From positions 2,406-66,405 of the forward strand of contig JBAZYY010000004.1 in NCBI GenBank assembly GCA_041659065.1: DNA of 64,000 nt, in the 5' to 3' direction. This stretch comes from Parcubacteria group bacterium (GTDB taxonomy: Bacteria > Patescibacteriota > Minisyncoccia > Moranbacterales > UBA11712). The translations under genes were made by a program, and so were the position numbers. Of the stretch, positions 27,204-37,439 are shown one piece after another (position 1 is the stretch's first letter; every line of letters starts with the position of its first letter). The notes beneath the pieces are model-generated. The model searched no databases and was not told where the DNA came from. It saw only the letters and a list, made by a program, of their open reading frames with translations.

Positions 27204-28871
27204 TTACTTTTCCCCAACAATTTCGTTCATACGACCTTTTATTATATAGTCCGCTATTCTCTCTACATCTTCCGGCCTAAACGAACCTTCATATATTTTT
27301 TCATCTATGGGCCGCCATAGCTTTTCCAAAAATGATACGAGATGACCTTTTAAATCTTCGAGACTTATATCGCGCCCTTCTTTTTCCGTAACTATTCTGG
27401 GAGCTTCTGTGATATATTGCTGTATAAAATCGTGAGTATACTTTAAAAATCCCAGTTGATCAGGCGTAATTTTAATTTCCTCCGGCGAAGATGCCTCCTC
27501 GACTCGTATCTTTTTCCCCCTCGCTAAATATTCCAAAGTAAGCAGAAATTTTACCTGTTCCCCGATCTCGGGATGGTTTTTGAATCTTTCTCGTATTTTT
27601 TCCTTTAAAATTTCATCTCTTTTTCTCGCTCGTTCTTTTTCCAGCTCTTTTCTTTCTTTCTCTTTTGTCTGGGCAATTCTTTCATTGAGCTTAGCATAAT
27701 CTTCATCATTTCTGACTTCTCCCCATAGTTCATCCATCTCCTCGGGAGTAAAATTCCCCATTTCATCAAACGCTTTGAGATGTTCTAGCGTAGGCTTATA
27801 TTTCATAGCCTTTTCGACACGGGCTAAAGCCTCCTTCTCCAATTCCCCGACTGCTGAAAATGTTCTTCGGGGATAATCAAGTTCTTTGATATAAGCAAGC
27901 GCTTTTTCAATTTGTCCCCTCGCTTCTTTTGCAAATCTTTTCACCACCGCTTCAAAATTTTTCGGTTTCTTTTCTCTTCTTGGATTTATATCCGGATTTG
28001 GCTTAGACCCAAACTTATCAAATTCCATCCAATCCGAAATTCTTTTTAATTGCGGATAATTTTTAAATGCTGAATCGATTAAAAATTCCCTGCACGCTAT
28101 TGAGATTGATGCTAAATCGTTATCTCCCCTGCTATTAATAATTAGTTTTACCGCCTCTCTATACTTGGACAAATTTTTCTCGTTATAAAGATCAGCAATC
28201 TCTTCTCCAAGCTCTTTAGCATCTGCTTCGCTAAATCCTCTATTAGGGACTTCGTTTTTTTCAATCCGATCAATATAAGCTCTGATATTTCTATATTGAA
28301 GATTAAGCTCATTCAATAAAGTCTTTTTAATCACTTCGTTCAGCCTCGATTCTCCCTCTGCTGGCGCTCCCTCGCCACCCTCCTCTTTATTTCCCCAATT
28401 TGCCTCAATCTCAAGAATCCTCTCCAGAGCCTCTTTTTGTCCTTTGCTTCGCTTTTTTTCCGGAATATCGTCGATTATACTTGCCGCGGTTTGAAGTGTG
28501 ATTTTTTCAAATTCACGATGAATTTTTTCTTTTATCGACTGCTTATTTAAATCAACTGCGTCAATTTTATCTAAATTATTCCCGAGACTGACCTTAATAT
28601 CTTCATAGATAATATCGACAAGCAGATCCCAATTTGTTAAAGCATGATCTTGCATCTGTCTGATTGCTGCTTCCGGCATTTCTAATTTGTATTTTTTTAA
28701 TGCTCCCGAGACCTGTTCAGGATTAGAAATCAAATCCAGCAATTGATCCTCGAGGATTTTTTTATTATCCGGCAATTCAAAATCAACCGGTTCGGAATCG
28801 TCCACCCAATCTCCTGCTTTCACGCCCCAATGTTCAACTTTATTGTTCTTTTCCATAACACAACAAATCAA
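27204..28871 (-). CDS. 555-aa hypothetical protein, E/K/R-rich with coiled-coil character (first gene of the operon)
   Basis: The first ATG is at 28856 (MEKNNKVEHWG). The ORF-track start at 28871 is TTG. No family recognised. Confidence 0.55.
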   Translation of the reverse strand: MICCVMEKNNKVEHWGVKAGDWVDDSEPVDFELPDNKKILEDQLLDLISNPEQVSGALKKYKLEMPEAAIRQMQDHALTNWDLLVDIIYEDIKVSLGNNLDKIDAVDLNKQSIKEKIHREFEKITLQTAASIIDDIPEKKRSKGQKEALERILEIEANWGNKEEGGEGAPAEGESRLNEVIKKTLLNELNLQYRNIRAYIDRIEKNEVPNRGFSEADAKELGEEIADLYNEKNLSKYREAVKLIINSRGDNDLASISIACREFLIDSAFKNYPQLKRISDWMEFDKFGSKPNPDINPRREKKPKNFEAVVKRFAKEARGQIEKALAYIKELDYPRRTFSAVGELEKEALARVEKAMKYKPTLEHLKAFDEMGNFTPEEMDELWGEVRNDEDYAKLNERIAQTKEKERKELEKERARKRDEILKEKIRERFKNHPEIGEQVKFLLTLEYLARGKKIRVEEASSPEEIKITPDQLGFLKYTHDFIQQYITEAPRIVTEKEGRDISLEDLKGHLVSFLEKLWRPIDEKIYEGSFRPEDVERIADYIIKGRMNEIVGEK

Positions 28872-29076
28872 CTTAATTGATTTTCGTTTAGCAAAACTCT
28901 TTTCCTAAATTATACCATAAAACCAGGCCAAAAAACACCTGTGGATAATGTCTTTTATCCTTATTCTGTGCGTCCCTTGAATGAGGGCATTCTTTTTACT
29001 CGTACTATTGCGAGAAGCATGCCAATCAACTAAAATATAATTAAACTTAGCGTAAGTCAGTCTTGCGAAATATAAA

Positions 29077-30825
29077 ATGAAAAGAAAAAAAACGGTTTCG
29101 AGAAAAAAAACCGCGATTGTTTCTGATGTCGAGCCTAAAAGCAATTTCTCACGCCACCATAAGTATATTTTTATCGGCCTGGTTGTTGTCCTTCTCTTGA
29201 TAGCTTTTGGCATTCGAACCTATCATCTGACATCTCTTCCGCCGGGGATATACCCGGATGAGGCCGTTAATGGCACAGATGCCATCCGAGCCAATGAAAC
29301 CGGGCACTATCAGCTTTTTTATTCCAACAACTACGGCCGGGAAGGCCTCTTCATGAATCTCATCGCTTTGGGATTTTTGTTTTTTGGGGTAAGTATTGTC
29401 ACACTCAAAATGTGGTCCATTTTTTTTGGGACTTTGACTGTCCTGGGAATGGTTCTTCTGGGGCGCGAGCTGTTCAAGTCCTGGAGAGCAGGCTTGATTG
29501 CGGGGTTTTTGATCGCAACTTCATTTTGGGCAATCAATTTCAGCCGAATCGCCTTTCGCGCCAATATGCTACCTTTTGTTCTTGTTTTTTCGTTCTATTT
29601 TCTTTTTCGAGGGCTGCGAATTTACTCCGCACGAATTTCCCAAAATCAAAGGGATACAACTAAAAATTTGGATTTTTTTTCGAAAATAAAAAATTGGTGC
29701 GGGGCAAACTATAATTATATTTTAGCAGGAGCTCTGTTTGGACTCGGTGTGCATACCTATATCGCCTTCCGCATTGCACCGGTAATACTAATTGCCATTT
29801 TTTTCGCCTTTTTGCTAAGTGGAAAAAATTTTTTGCGAACCCATTGGAAGACAATTCTGATATTCACGCTTTCGATCATAGTAGTCGCGCTCCCGATGCT
29901 CCTGACTTTTTATTATCACCCTGAGTATTTTGAAACCCGTTCAGAGGCTGTCTCGGTTCTAAGCCCGAAGGTCAATCAGGGCCATCCCCTGAAAGCCCTG
30001 GCAACCAGCATAGCATTGAACTTAAAAATGTTTAATTTTCATGGAGACCAAAACTGGCGACATAATTTGCCCAGCCAGCCTGAACTCCAGCTCTTGGTGG
30101 GCGTATTTTTCCTTCTTGGAATAGGATATTATCTGGCTCAATTCTTCCGACTCCTTTATCTTCGAATCCGGAGAGAAAAGAGAAGCGAGGAGTTTGTCAT
30201 ATCGACTTTCCTGCTGTCCTGGTTTTTTGCCATGCTTCTGCCTGGCATACTGGCCTACGAAGGCCTTCCTCACTCCCTGCGAGTTATCGGCGCCATGCCG
30301 GTTGCGCTCTTATTCGCCACCTTTGCGTTCGAAAGTGTATTTAAGTTTTTTGATAAAATTCAAAATCGCTATTGGCGGACCCTTACATATGTCATCTTAA
30401 CTGTTGCTATTATCTCAAGCGGCGTAATTTCCGTTAGGCGTTATTTTGTGGACTGGGGCAATAGCCTTAATATTCACGCGGCTTTCTCCCAGAATCTCAA
30501 GAATATGGCGCTGTTTCTTAATAACCTGCCCCCGAAATACAATAAATACGTAGTGGCTAACGCCGGCGGACAAATAATGAACGACGGTATGCCTGTTGCA
30601 GCTCATGTAGTTGAGCTTTTAACCCATTATCGAACGCCAGGAATTGTTTTTTTGCGCCCCGACTTTGATCCGAAAATCATCAAGCCGCGAGCCAAAATAG
30701 CACTTATGTATTACAATGGAGAGGTAATCGCCAAGATAAAATCCATTTATCCCGACGCACAGGTTCAGAAGCTTGATCCTCAACCGGGAAATGGCACGGA
30801 CTATTTTGTGGTAAATATTAATTAA
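29077..30825 (+). CDS. GT-C fold glycosyltransferase, ArnT/PMT (GT39/GT83-like) family
   Basis: Polytopic membrane protein. The N-terminal loop YPDEAVNGTDAIRA carries the DE motif. Divergent from the large operon. Confidence 0.75.
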   Translation: MKRKKTVSRKKTAIVSDVEPKSNFSRHHKYIFIGLVVVLLLIAFGIRTYHLTSLPPGIYPDEAVNGTDAIRANETGHYQLFYSNNYGREGLFMNLIALGFLFFGVSIVTLKMWSIFFGTLTVLGMVLLGRELFKSWRAGLIAGFLIATSFWAINFSRIAFRANMLPFVLVFSFYFLFRGLRIYSARISQNQRDTTKNLDFFSKIKNWCGANYNYILAGALFGLGVHTYIAFRIAPVILIAIFFAFLLSGKNFLRTHWKTILIFTLSIIVVALPMLLTFYYHPEYFETRSEAVSVLSPKVNQGHPLKALATSIALNLKMFNFHGDQNWRHNLPSQPELQLLVGVFFLLGIGYYLAQFFRLLYLRIRREKRSEEFVISTFLLSWFFAMLLPGILAYEGLPHSLRVIGAMPVALLFATFAFESVFKFFDKIQNRYWRTLTYVILTVAIISSGVISVRRYFVDWGNSLNIHAAFSQNLKNMALFLNNLPPKYNKYVVANAGGQIMNDGMPVAAHVVELLTHYRTPGIVFLRPDFDPKIIKPRAKIALMYYNGEVIAKIKSIYPDAQVQKLDPQPGNGTDYFVVNIN

Positions 30826-30845
30826 CTTTTTATTAAAACAAAAAA

Positions 30846-32651
30846 ATGTTAGAAAAGTACTCAAAGTATGTTGTAATTGGCGTGCTAGCAGTTATGTTCG
30901 CCATTTCTCTTGGCACTATGTTGGGGGATGCCGCTATCATGGATGAGGTCGCTCATATTCCGGCTGGGTATTCCTACGTCCGCTACCATGATTACCGGCT
31001 CAATCCTGAACACCCGCCTCTTCTCAAAGACCTGGCTGGTATTCCGCTCCAGTTTCTCAAGCTTGATTTTCCCGCTCAAAACCAGTTTTGGACAACCGAC
31101 GCTAACGGACAATGGGAAGCCGGGTGGGAGTTTTTATACCTGCCCCAGAATAATACCGAACAAATTTTATTTTGGTCCCGCCTGCCGATTTTAATCCTAT
31201 CGCTTTTCTTGGGCTGGATGATTTACTACTGGACAAGAAAACTATTTGGAATTAAAGCCGGCCTTTTGGCGCTCGTGATATACGCGTTTGATGCCAATAT
31301 TCTCGGCCATGACCATTACGTAACGACAGACCTTGGCATCGCCGCCTTTTTGTTCTTTGCTTTTTACTTTTTCATAAAATATCTCAAAACCCCAAGCTAC
31401 AAGACAATTATCCTGGCAGGAATTTTCATGGGGCTGGCACAACTCGCCAAATTCTCCTCCGTCCTGATGTTTCCCGTTTTCGGACTCGCTCTGCTTCTTT
31501 ATATCTTCTTTCGCAGGAACAAACTGCCCTTTTCATTTTTGGGGTCCGGAAAGATCAAGAAATTCTGGGTCCAAAAATTATATTTTTATGCCACAACGTT
31601 TATTCTCGCCTTGATCATCCATTTGGCGCTGATCGGCATTGTTTATGAATTCAATGTCTTCTCGATGCCTCCTGCCAAAATTCACCAACTCGCTGACACG
31701 CAAATCTACGGAAAGATTGCCACCATAGCAAAACCTTACATCCATCAGATGGCTGATAATCCGATTCTGCGGCCCTACAGTCAGTATTTAATTGGACTCG
31801 TAATGGTTTTTGGCAGAGTTGCCGGTGGGAATACCACCTATTTCTTCGGCCAAGTGACTAATCAAAGCTTCAAAGAATATTTTCCGATGGTTTTCCTCAT
31901 CAAGGAACCTCTGCCCAATCTCCTGCTGATGCTGATGGCTTTCGCTACTGGTTTATTCCTCCTGCTGAAACGCAATTTATCCCAATTTCCGAAAAAAATA
32001 TGGAACAATATAAAAAATTATCTCGATGGGAATATTGCCGAATTTTCAATGATTTCTTTTATCGTTCTCTACGCCTACGTCAGCATTACGGGTAATCTGA
32101 ACATCGGCTTCCGCCATCTTTTCCCGATCTTACCCTTTGCGTATGTCCTCGTAGCGAAAGAAGTATCCTTTCTGGGAAGCGAAATAAGCGCAAAATATAG
32201 AAAATATTTTTGGGGGTTCATTTCTTTGCTGTTGGCATGGCTTGTAGTGGGAACTCTCCTTGCGTATCCGTACTATCTGGCATATTTTAATGAACTCATT
32301 GGCGGATCAAAAAACGGCTACAAGTATGTAACCGATTCAAATGTTGATTGGGGCCAGGATCTCAAGAGACTGTCTGCGTGGGTGAATGAAAATAATATCC
32401 AGAAAATACGAGTTGATTATTTTGGCGGCGGAGACGTAAAACATTATCTTGGAGACAAAGCTGTGATTTGGCACGCTCACATGGGCCAAGAAAATGGCTG
32501 GTACGCCATATCAGCGACATTCCTGCAAAATTCCCTCTATTACAAGATTGTTCAGGGCGAGCCGGATTATGAGTGGCTGCGCGAGAGAAAGCCTTACGCT
32601 GAAATCGGAAATTCGATCTTAATCTACAAGGTCGAAGACCTCGAAAAATAG
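30846..32651 (+). CDS. Second GT-C glycosyltransferase (PMT_2/ArnT-like)
   Basis: DEVAHIPAGYSY ... NPEHPPLLKDLAG motifs in the first periplasmic loop; more than 10 TMS. Confidence 0.7.
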   Translation: MLEKYSKYVVIGVLAVMFAISLGTMLGDAAIMDEVAHIPAGYSYVRYHDYRLNPEHPPLLKDLAGIPLQFLKLDFPAQNQFWTTDANGQWEAGWEFLYLPQNNTEQILFWSRLPILILSLFLGWMIYYWTRKLFGIKAGLLALVIYAFDANILGHDHYVTTDLGIAAFLFFAFYFFIKYLKTPSYKTIILAGIFMGLAQLAKFSSVLMFPVFGLALLLYIFFRRNKLPFSFLGSGKIKKFWVQKLYFYATTFILALIIHLALIGIVYEFNVFSMPPAKIHQLADTQIYGKIATIAKPYIHQMADNPILRPYSQYLIGLVMVFGRVAGGNTTYFFGQVTNQSFKEYFPMVFLIKEPLPNLLLMLMAFATGLFLLLKRNLSQFPKKIWNNIKNYLDGNIAEFSMISFIVLYAYVSITGNLNIGFRHLFPILPFAYVLVAKEVSFLGSEISAKYRKYFWGFISLLLAWLVVGTLLAYPYYLAYFNELIGGSKNGYKYVTDSNVDWGQDLKRLSAWVNENNIQKIRVDYFGGGDVKHYLGDKAVIWHAHMGQENGWYAISATFLQNSLYYKIVQGEPDYEWLRERKPYAEIGNSILIYKVEDLEK

Positions 32652-32654
32652 TTT

Positions 32655-33539
32655 TTAGCGGAACTTGTAATAGACCTTATTTTTAACTCGCAAGTCAAAA
32701 TATTCCAGATTCTTCCTTTTTTCCGAATCTAATTCCTTGTCAAACACGGTTTGAATTATTTTTTTTGTGTCTTCCGCCGATACCTGCGAACTAAGTTTTA
32801 TCGCCCAACCTTCTTTAGTTTGCAAATAAATTTCTTCCGAAGCGATTGAAGGCGTGTGAATTCCCCCTTCCGTTTCAATTTTCAGATCTCCCTTAATAAT
32901 CGCGTTGACGCCTTTGATATAATTGATAAAATCCGGATTAATGGAAGTTTTTTCGATATCCACGGGTCTGGCGCTATCGTCAATTATGGTCAAAAAATTA
33001 TTATTTCTCAATTCTTCATCCGTCCCGCTGGCACCAGAGTAGACAAGGCCGTTTTGATCCACGAGATAGCATACCCCTCCGCTGCACCAGACCAGTTCGG
33101 CCTGACGCTCATCCACTCGAATAACGAGGGTTCGCGGAAATTTTTTCTCGATTTCTACCAATCCCAGTCGACTGAAATTATTTTTGAGAAATACCGCTAA
33201 ATCATTCTTTCTCGCAAAGAAATAGTTTCGTTTTGAAAATAATTTGTAGTATTTTCCTTCGAGCCCTTGATTTGCCTTGCTTGCAATCTCCTCGCTCGGC
33301 ACGCTTTCGTTGCCCTGAACTGAGATGGTATCAATTTCCAAAAAGGGCGAAAAGAGAAATGAGTACGCGCAAACTCCCAAAAAAACAACCAGAAGAACTC
33401 CGTATAGAATCCGGGCTAATTTTGCGCCGGTTTTCTCACGTGTTTTCCGCGGCACCGCGGAATATGTTTTTGGATTGCGCCGCTGCCATGATTTCTTTGC
33501 GAGCGGTATTTTCTTTTGTTTTCTTCCTAAAAAAGGCAT
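32655..33539 (-). CDS. ftsQ: Cell division protein FtsQ/DivIB-like (single TM + POTRA)
   Basis: N-terminal basic tail, TM ILYGVLLVVFLGVCAYSFLF, then a POTRA-like LEIDTISVQGNESV region. Confidence 0.6.
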   Translation of the reverse strand: MPFLGRKQKKIPLAKKSWQRRNPKTYSAVPRKTREKTGAKLARILYGVLLVVFLGVCAYSFLFSPFLEIDTISVQGNESVPSEEIASKANQGLEGKYYKLFSKRNYFFARKNDLAVFLKNNFSRLGLVEIEKKFPRTLVIRVDERQAELVWCSGGVCYLVDQNGLVYSGASGTDEELRNNNFLTIIDDSARPVDIEKTSINPDFINYIKGVNAIIKGDLKIETEGGIHTPSIASEEIYLQTKEGWAIKLSSQVSAEDTKKIIQTVFDKELDSEKRKNLEYFDLRVKNKVYYKFR

Positions 33540-34282
33540 TAGAGAATATCTTTAATTATCTTTGCCACCATCCAGGCATAGACAAAGTGCTTGCCGTACT
33601 TTTTTATTTTTACTCGTTCTCCATTTGATTTGAAAGTAAAATCAAATTCCTGGCCTTCCACGTCATTCTTAAGATTTGAGACATGCGCATCGGAATCTTC
33701 CGAAAAACCATAGGTTACGACCTCAGCTGAAGTTAATTTTTTCAGATTTCTTACCCGGCTATCATCTATATTTAAAATTAATTTTCCGTCCTTTTTGATT
33801 TTATTTGCCAGATACTTGAATTCTTCAAATAGTTCCTCGAGACCCGAACTGGGATCGGAAAAGCTCGTCTCGATGTTCGTCAAGATGGCAATATCCGGAT
33901 TCACTATGCCAAGCAGATATTTCATATCCCCTTCGCTTTCTATTCCCAGTTCCAGGACTAATTTTGAAGGAAAATTCCTTGCAAACAGAGCTTTTACCGT
34001 TCCGCTAGCCAGAATTCCCGCCCATTTTAGAAATGACAAATATCCGGAATCAAGATATAGAATTGCCAAAGGCAGCCCAATCTCCGTATTAAAACTTCTT
34101 GGATTCGCCCGTACTTCTTCTTCACCATATTTCTCGCGCAGGAATTTAAGAATATAATCCTTAACGACTGTCTTATTTGTTGTTCCCGAAACAGCAATAA
34201 TAAAAGGCTTATGCCGCCAGAGGACGAATTTTGTGAGAATTTTCAGATAAAACTGAATAAATGATTTGAAAAAAGGTTTCAT
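33539..34282 (-). CDS. Mur-ligase-family protein, short (247 aa)
   Basis: P-loop-like IIAVSGTTNKT and EIGLPLAIL resemble the Mur ligase central domain. Too short for a complete MurC-F. Confidence 0.4.
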   Translation of the reverse strand: MKPFFKSFIQFYLKILTKFVLWRHKPFIIAVSGTTNKTVVKDYILKFLREKYGEEEVRANPRSFNTEIGLPLAILYLDSGYLSFLKWAGILASGTVKALFARNFPSKLVLELGIESEGDMKYLLGIVNPDIAILTNIETSFSDPSSGLEELFEEFKYLANKIKKDGKLILNIDDSRVRNLKKLTSAEVVTYGFSEDSDAHVSNLKNDVEGQEFDFTFKSNGERVKIKKYGKHFVYAWMVAKIIKDIL

Positions 34283-34376
34283 GATATCGATTTGAGCTTA
34301 AAACTAAAATCGAAAAGCTAAAAACAAATAAGAGAAGAACTTAAAACTTTATGCTTTTAGCTGTTGTTCTTACATT

Positions 34377-35636
34377 TTAGTTCTTAGCTTTTAGCTCAAT
34401 TTCAAAAAATTTCTCCATTCGGTCAAACGCCAGATTGATATCTTCGTCGCTCCGCCCAAAACACATTCGGACGTGATTTTCACCGCTAGGACCAAATGCC
34501 ACGCCCGGAACAGTTGCTACCTTGGCTCTTTCCAATAATTCTATCGCAAACCGCCAAGATTCGCTACCCGCCTGCTTCGTTATGTGAAGCATTTCGGGCA
34601 GGCGTAGCGATGCGGGCGGGCTTGAAGCTACTTTCCGCAAAATTTCTTCATTTATCCGCGGAAAAACGAAGTAAGCGCTGTCTGGTTTTTGGTAAGAAAA
34701 TATATTTCGCAGCTTATCCAGTCGCTTGCAGATCAAATCTCTTCTTTTTTGAAAAACTTTTCGAAAATTGGCAACATCATTTTCTGCCATTTCGAGTGCG
34801 CCCATTGCCGCGAACTGCGACACTACGGGAGCGCACGTCACCAGCGCGTCATGGACCGCAAGGATTTTCTTGGCCAGATGCTGATGAGTGGCCAAATATG
34901 CTATTCGCCAGCCGGTCATGGCATAAGCTTTTGAAAATGAAAAAATGTATATTAATCTGTCCCTTATCCCCCGCAATTCCGCCAGTGAATACAACTTTTT
35001 GGAAACCTGGTTTCCAAAATCAGGGTAAACAAAGTCTTTATAAACTTCATCGCTCAAAATATATATGTTATGCTTGATGGCAAGTTGCGCCAAAGCATGC
35101 AGTTGATTGCGGGAAAAAATCGTACCAGTCGGATTATTGGGATTGCAAAAGAGAAAGGCTTTGGTTTTCGGCGTTATCAGCTTTTCGAATTTTTCAATGT
35201 CAAACTCCCAATGATTTTTCTCATCAAGCGGAACAAAAACCGGAATACCCCGCGCTACTTTTATGGCTGACTGATACGAAGTGTAAGTTGGATCCGGAAT
35301 CAGCACTTCATCGCCTGGTTCAAGGACGGCAAGCAGTGTCGCTGTGATCGCTTCGATAGACCCAGCTGTGGCGATTATTTCCGTTTCGAAATCATAATAT
35401 TTGTTTTCTTTCTCAAGCTGCTGGGCGATTATTTCCCGAAATTCCAAAATACCCGGCGATAAGGAATATTTTGCCACTTTCCCTTTTTCAATCGCGTCAA
35501 TGGCCGCTTTCTTTATAGCATCCGGCGTATCAAACGATGGCACCCCTTGCGCGAGCGATACCACGCCGGGGATTCGCGATGCCCGGAGTTCCATTTCTTT
35601 TATAGGGGAAAGATTTATTTCTCTATCTTGGGGCAT
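34377..35636 (-). CDS. PLP-dependent class I aminotransferase (AspC-family)
   Basis: SFSKAYAMTGWRIAY lysine motif, GVPSFDTP, NPNNPTG. Start taken at MPQDREINL (35636). Confidence 0.8.
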   Translation of the reverse strand: MPQDREINLSPIKEMELRASRIPGVVSLAQGVPSFDTPDAIKKAAIDAIEKGKVAKYSLSPGILEFREIIAQQLEKENKYYDFETEIIATAGSIEAITATLLAVLEPGDEVLIPDPTYTSYQSAIKVARGIPVFVPLDEKNHWEFDIEKFEKLITPKTKAFLFCNPNNPTGTIFSRNQLHALAQLAIKHNIYILSDEVYKDFVYPDFGNQVSKKLYSLAELRGIRDRLIYIFSFSKAYAMTGWRIAYLATHQHLAKKILAVHDALVTCAPVVSQFAAMGALEMAENDVANFRKVFQKRRDLICKRLDKLRNIFSYQKPDSAYFVFPRINEEILRKVASSPPASLRLPEMLHITKQAGSESWRFAIELLERAKVATVPGVAFGPSGENHVRMCFGRSDEDINLAFDRMEKFFEIELKAKN

Positions 35637-35759
35637 TTTGAAAATATTTGCGAATAATAAAATAAGGCTGATATAATACAAACAAGCCTAAACACGCCAT
35701 AATTTTAGCCCATATACTATGGGCGGTCAATTAACAGCCTGCAGTCAGGAGGAAGAGAC

Positions 35760-36113
35760 GTGGTCTCCCCTGCATTCCGACGATGGGAGGCAATTTTGAA
35801 AACGGCGCAAGAAGTTGAAGAGATTCTGGAATGGTGTCTTGGAGACAGTGCTGTTCCCAGCTTCAAAGGTTATTTTCCTTTTCAGGTGTTGCTTGACCAA
35901 GGGAGAATAGCCGCATATTACACATCGATTCGTCCTATGTATAGCGGATGGGCTGATATAGCTTATTATGTCAACCAAGACGGCTTGCTCGAGCAAATCG
36001 GAATTGAAAACCCGCCCGCTCTCAACCCAGAAGAAGTTCTTTCTGAAAAAAACCTTCCGGACGGCTGGGAACCCGAACAGTTAAAGCCAAAGCAGAGAGA
36101 GTTTACGCCATAA
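35760..36113 (+). CDS. Hypothetical protein (GTG start)
   Basis: AGGAGG 8 nt upstream of GTG at 35760. No family recognised. Confidence 0.35.
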   Translation: MVSPAFRRWEAILKTAQEVEEILEWCLGDSAVPSFKGYFPFQVLLDQGRIAAYYTSIRPMYSGWADIAYYVNQDGLLEQIGIENPPALNPEEVLSEKNLPDGWEPEQLKPKQREFTP

Positions 36114-36221
36114 GGGGGCTGGTAATATATTCTCGAAGAGTATCGCTAGCCCCCCCCTTTTTTTTAAAAACTTTTCCAATACTAACTTTTCCTGACATTT
36201 AATATTAGGCTAGAAAAAAAT

Positions 36222-36944
36222 ATGATGGAAAAACAAGAAGATAACCACCCCCTTGGGAAACCAGAAGTTGTTTCCACGCCAGATAATACGAATCTCGGCA
36301 AATTGACTAAATTAGCTCCGGTGGATTTGATTCCCGCTGATCTTAAAAATATTCCCGGCATCGCCGGAAATATCAGTGCGTTTATCAAAAGATTTCCAAC
36401 TGAGACTAGTTTTGTGATAACTGATGAAACCATAGCGGAAAATATGAACGCACTTCTAAACGGATTCACCCACTTCGAAGATTTCGATCTTGAGGACTTC
36501 CCGGAGTTAGCATTGCCTAACGGAGATTACAGAAGACTGATTATATACGGATCTCTGCGAGAGCTAACGCCGGATATTTTATTTGGCGTTATACTGGAAA
36601 CAAATCCCGCATTACGAGGAAAAGGAGCTGGCGTAGCTTTTCAAGAGCATCTGGCTAATTTAGCCAGGAATCTTGGTTATAAATTTTTATCCGGATGCCA
36701 GCATACTGAAGACTTGGCGCTTTTTTTCTTAAAACGCGGCCGTTATCTAATGGAGGAAGTTAAGGATGAATTACGAACCGAATTCCGGATAATTGGAAGG
36801 CAGGAGGAAGAAGCTGATTGGGAAGAATTATTTTTCACGATCAAATTCTTGAATCCTGAAGATATTACTCGATACATAAAACCAGAGCGAATTGACACAA
36901 GCGTAGAAGATAAAATTGAATTCAAAAAAAAATATTACGCTTGA
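36222..36944 (+). CDS. Hypothetical protein, possibly GNAT-like
   Basis: RGKGAGVAFQEHLANLARNLGYKF weakly resembles GNAT motif A. Confidence 0.4.
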   Translation: MMEKQEDNHPLGKPEVVSTPDNTNLGKLTKLAPVDLIPADLKNIPGIAGNISAFIKRFPTETSFVITDETIAENMNALLNGFTHFEDFDLEDFPELALPNGDYRRLIIYGSLRELTPDILFGVILETNPALRGKGAGVAFQEHLANLARNLGYKFLSGCQHTEDLALFFLKRGRYLMEEVKDELRTEFRIIGRQEEEADWEELFFTIKFLNPEDITRYIKPERIDTSVEDKIEFKKKYYA

Positions 36945-37359
36945 TAGAACGCCCGTTATTAAATTTATGAATAAATTAAAATTAATAAAAATAACTCTGT
37001 ATCTTAGTAGCCTGTATTACCTTATCGGCGCGGTGGCGCACTTTTTCTGCCTGACTATTTTTCCATTCTATGATGGCCATCTATGCGCGTCTTACCACGA
37101 CGTCGTAATCGCGCTCGCCGCGATCACGCTTGCGCTTTTTCTTTTTGTGACCGCAAGAAACCCCGTCAAAAATGAGGATAACCTCAAAGTGATTATCCTC
37201 GGAGGGATTTTGGCGATTATATTCAACATTGGGATTATTTACGGAGTCGATTTTGTTGCACTCGGAGGACCGGGCAAAAAATTCCAAACATTGATAGAAA
37301 CACTTTTACTCTTGGTATTTTTAGCTCCCTTGATATATCACGAAGTGACCAAACGATAG
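36916..37359 (+). CDS. Hypothetical membrane protein (4 predicted TMS)
   Basis: Hydrophobic helices throughout; the start is uncertain (internal Met at MNKLKLIK). Confidence 0.4.
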   Translation: MNSKKNITLDRTPVIKFMNKLKLIKITLYLSSLYYLIGAVAHFFCLTIFPFYDGHLCASYHDVVIALAAITLALFLFVTARNPVKNEDNLKVIILGGILAIIFNIGIIYGVDFVALGGPGKKFQTLIETLLLLVFLAPLIYHEVTKR

Positions 37360-37439
37360 ACAGCTTATTTGACACGGAATATGCAAAATCCCAAGCGCAA
37401 AGCCTGGGATTTTTTTGTTTTTTAAGAAAAATATAGAAG

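Noticed and set aside
28905-29213. 102-aa minus-strand ORF overlapping the start of the GT-C gene
   Set aside because: It lies in the divergent promoter region, overlaps a well-supported gene start, and has a hydrophobic low-complexity translation.
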